This document shows positions 32,308 through 34,141 of a stretch of 34,141 nt of DNA, in pieces. Under the pieces are notes generated by a model that made no database searches, was not told the DNA's origin, and worked only from the letters and a program-made list of their open reading frames with translations. Numbering within the stretch: position 1 is the first letter of the stretch; every line of letters begins with the position of its first letter. Source of the stretch: an uncultured Sandaracinus sp. (GTDB lineage: Bacteria; Myxococcota_A; Polyangia; Polyangiales; Houyiibacteriaceae). Location: the NCBI GenBank assembly GCA_964462035.1, contig CAYXAP010000044.1, positions 40,871 to 75,011 of the forward strand. Reading direction: 5' to 3'. Made by a program: the position numbers and the translations under genes.

Positions 32308-34131
32308 ATGATTCTTCCCCTGCTCTTCCTCTTTGGCGTGGCCTGCCTGGCCGGCCCCTTCGCGGCCGAACTGGCAGGGCACCCGCTCTCCGGCGGGGCC
32401 CAGCTCGTGGCGTACGTCACGGGTTCGTTGGTCCTGGTGCTGGCGTCGATCCTCGGCGTCTTCACGCGCCTGTATCAGAAGACGAAGGCCTCGGAGGCTT
32501 TCGTTCGGACCGGTGCGGGTGGGCGGAAGGTGATCATGGACGGCGGCGCGATCATCGTGCCCTTCGTGCACGAGCTCGTCCGCGTGAGCCTCGAGACCCT
32601 GAAGCTGCGCGTGATCCGTCAGAACGAGGACGCGCTCATCACCCAGGACAAGCTGCGCGCCGACATCCACGCGGAGTTCTTCGTCCGCGTGCAGCCGGAT
32701 CGCGAGTCGATCCTCCAGGCCAGCCGCTCGCTCGGGGAGCGGATGACCGACGAGTCCGCCGTGCGCGCGCTCGTGGAGGACAAGCTGGTCAGCGCGCTGC
32801 GCACCGCCGCGGCGATGAAGACCCTCGAACAACTCAACAGCGAGCGTGACGAGTTTCTCACGGAGGTGATGAAGCTGGTGGAGAACGATCTACTCTCCAA
32901 CGGCCTGATCCTCGAGACCGTCACCATCTCTCGGCTCGACCAGACCGACGAGGCCTTCCTCAAGGAGTCGAACATCTTCGATGCGCAGGGGCGCCGGAAG
33001 ATCGCCGAGATCACCCAGACGAACCTCACCGAGCGCAACCGACTCGTCCGCGAGGGCGAGCAGGCGCGCAAGGCCCAGGACGTGCAGACCCAGCAGCGCG
33101 TGCTCGATCTCGAGCAGACCGAGCGCGAGGCGCGGGCGAGGCAAGCGGCAGAGATCGCCAAGGTCGAAGCCGAGACCGAGCAGGCGGCGAAGGCGAAGGC
33201 CATCGCGGCCACCCGTGAGGTCGAGCTCGCCGAGATCCGCAAGGCCGAGGCCCTCGAGGTCGCCAGCCGTGAGCAGCAGCGTTCGGTGGAGATCGCCGAG
33301 CGCGAGAAGCAGGAGCGCATCGCCGAAGCCGAGCGCAAGCGAGCCGCCGCCGAGCGGGCGCTGGCCGAAGCGGAAGCGGAGCGTGAGCTGGCCCGTCAGC
33401 GGGTCGAGACCGTGAAGGTGACCGAAGAGGCCGAGCGCCAGAAGGCGCGCGCGGTGCTCGAGGCGCAAGCGCAGGCTGAGACTGCGTACGTGGCCGAGCA
33501 GCGGAAGGCCGACGCGGACGCCTACACCCGCCAGAAGCAAGCCGAAGCGCAGAAGCTCTCTGCCGACGCCGAAGCGGAAGCCATCCGCAAGAAGGCGGAA
33601 GCCGAAGCGGAAGCGGAGCGGCAGCGCGCTCTCGGTGACAAGGCGAAGGCCATGGTGCCGGTCGAGGTGCAGCGAGCGCAGGTCGATGTCGACCGCGATC
33701 GCGTCGAGACCGTCGTCAAGCCGGAGCTGGAAGCCCGGGAGAAGCACGGCAAGGTCGCTCAGGAGTTCGAGATCGAGAAGCTGCGTGTCGCGGCCGACAA
33801 GGAGGTGCAGGTCGCCTTCGCGGAAGCCAGCGCCAAGCTCTTCTCGAAGCTCGAGGCCACCCTCTACGGCACCGCGGACGACGTGACCCGCATCATGGAG
33901 AGCGTCGTTCGTGGACAGCGTGTCGCGAAGACCGTCGAAGGCTTCATGGACGCCGCCGACCCCCAGACCCTCACCGCGCTCCGCGCCCTCGCGGGCAAGG
34001 CGCTCGGTGGGATCGGAAAGGTCACCGAGAAGGGCGCAGCCCTGATCGGGTCCGAAGCCGAGCCGGTCGTCGAAGACGAGGAAGTCGAAGAAGTCTGGAT
34101 CGCGGACGAGGACGACACCGAAGCCGCTTGA
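32308..34131 (+). CDS. Flotillin-family (SPFH/Band-7, YqiK-like) protein
   Basis: The N-terminal membrane hairpin MILPLLFLFGVACLAGPFAAEL...LVAYVTGSLVLVLASILGVF is followed by an SPFH domain (...GGAIIVPFVHELVRVSLETLKLRV...). A long EA-rich coiled coil (EAEAERELARQ..., KAEAEAEAERQ) and an acidic C-terminus follow. Confidence 0.8.
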   Translation: MILPLLFLFGVACLAGPFAAELAGHPLSGGAQLVAYVTGSLVLVLASILGVFTRLYQKTKASEAFVRTGAGGRKVIMDGGAIIVPFVHELVRVSLETLKLRVIRQNEDALITQDKLRADIHAEFFVRVQPDRESILQASRSLGERMTDESAVRALVEDKLVSALRTAAAMKTLEQLNSERDEFLTEVMKLVENDLLSNGLILETVTISRLDQTDEAFLKESNIFDAQGRRKIAEITQTNLTERNRLVREGEQARKAQDVQTQQRVLDLEQTEREARARQAAEIAKVEAETEQAAKAKAIAATREVELAEIRKAEALEVASREQQRSVEIAEREKQERIAEAERKRAAAERALAEAEAERELARQRVETVKVTEEAERQKARAVLEAQAQAETAYVAEQRKADADAYTRQKQAEAQKLSADAEAEAIRKKAEAEAEAERQRALGDKAKAMVPVEVQRAQVDVDRDRVETVVKPELEAREKHGKVAQEFEIEKLRVAADKEVQVAFAEASAKLFSKLEATLYGTADDVTRIMESVVRGQRVAKTVEGFMDAADPQTLTALRALAGKALGGIGKVTEKGAALIGSEAEPVVEDEEVEEVWIADEDDTEAA

Positions 34132-34141
34132 TCGCCACCCA

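Overview
This is a ~34.1 kb high-GC (about 70% by eye) chromosomal segment with strong GC3 codon bias. The gene content (eukaryotic-like kinase homologues, an alpha-2-macroglobulin/PbpC pair, Arg/Ala-rich frames) suggests a myxobacterium (Myxococcota) or similar high-GC deltaproteobacterium; the taxon is an inference. The window is densely coding with about 29 genes. There are no rRNA or tRNA genes, CRISPR arrays, transposases or integrases.

Gene order across the window:
- A partial Ser/Thr-kinase-like pseudokinase on the minus strand whose C-terminal repeats run off the window start.
- Divergent from it, a MarR-family regulator translationally coupled (ATGA) to an ECF sigma factor.
- A convergent beta-propeller-like lipoprotein.
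- tag (3-methyladenine glycosylase I), then a DUF4442-like hotdog protein coupled (GTGA) to a DUF2891-like protein.
- A classic alpha-2-macroglobulin -> pbpC operon on the minus strand.
- A coupled plus-strand block: trmO -> DhlA-type haloalkane dehalogenase -> two small unknown polytopic membrane proteins (ATGA/ATGA overlaps).
- An EEP-family lipoprotein, an alpha/beta (epoxide-hydrolase-like) hydrolase and a RecD1-like helicase with no adjacent recBC.
- A heme-biosynthesis operon on the minus strand (unknown 141-aa protein -> ccsA/hemX-like -> hemA -> hemC), divergent from trxA.
- A second, paralogous membrane-anchored pseudokinase coupled to dut, downstream of rpsO -> pnp. The PNPase carries an unusual ~100-aa RGG/RD/poly-Arg tail.
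- A small secreted protein, then an NfeD -> flotillin (SPFH) pair.

Many long ORFs in the track are antisense or out-of-frame artefacts of the GC bias and were rejected. Hand-read coordinates may be off by 1-2 nt. All family assignments come from reading the translations, not from a database search.
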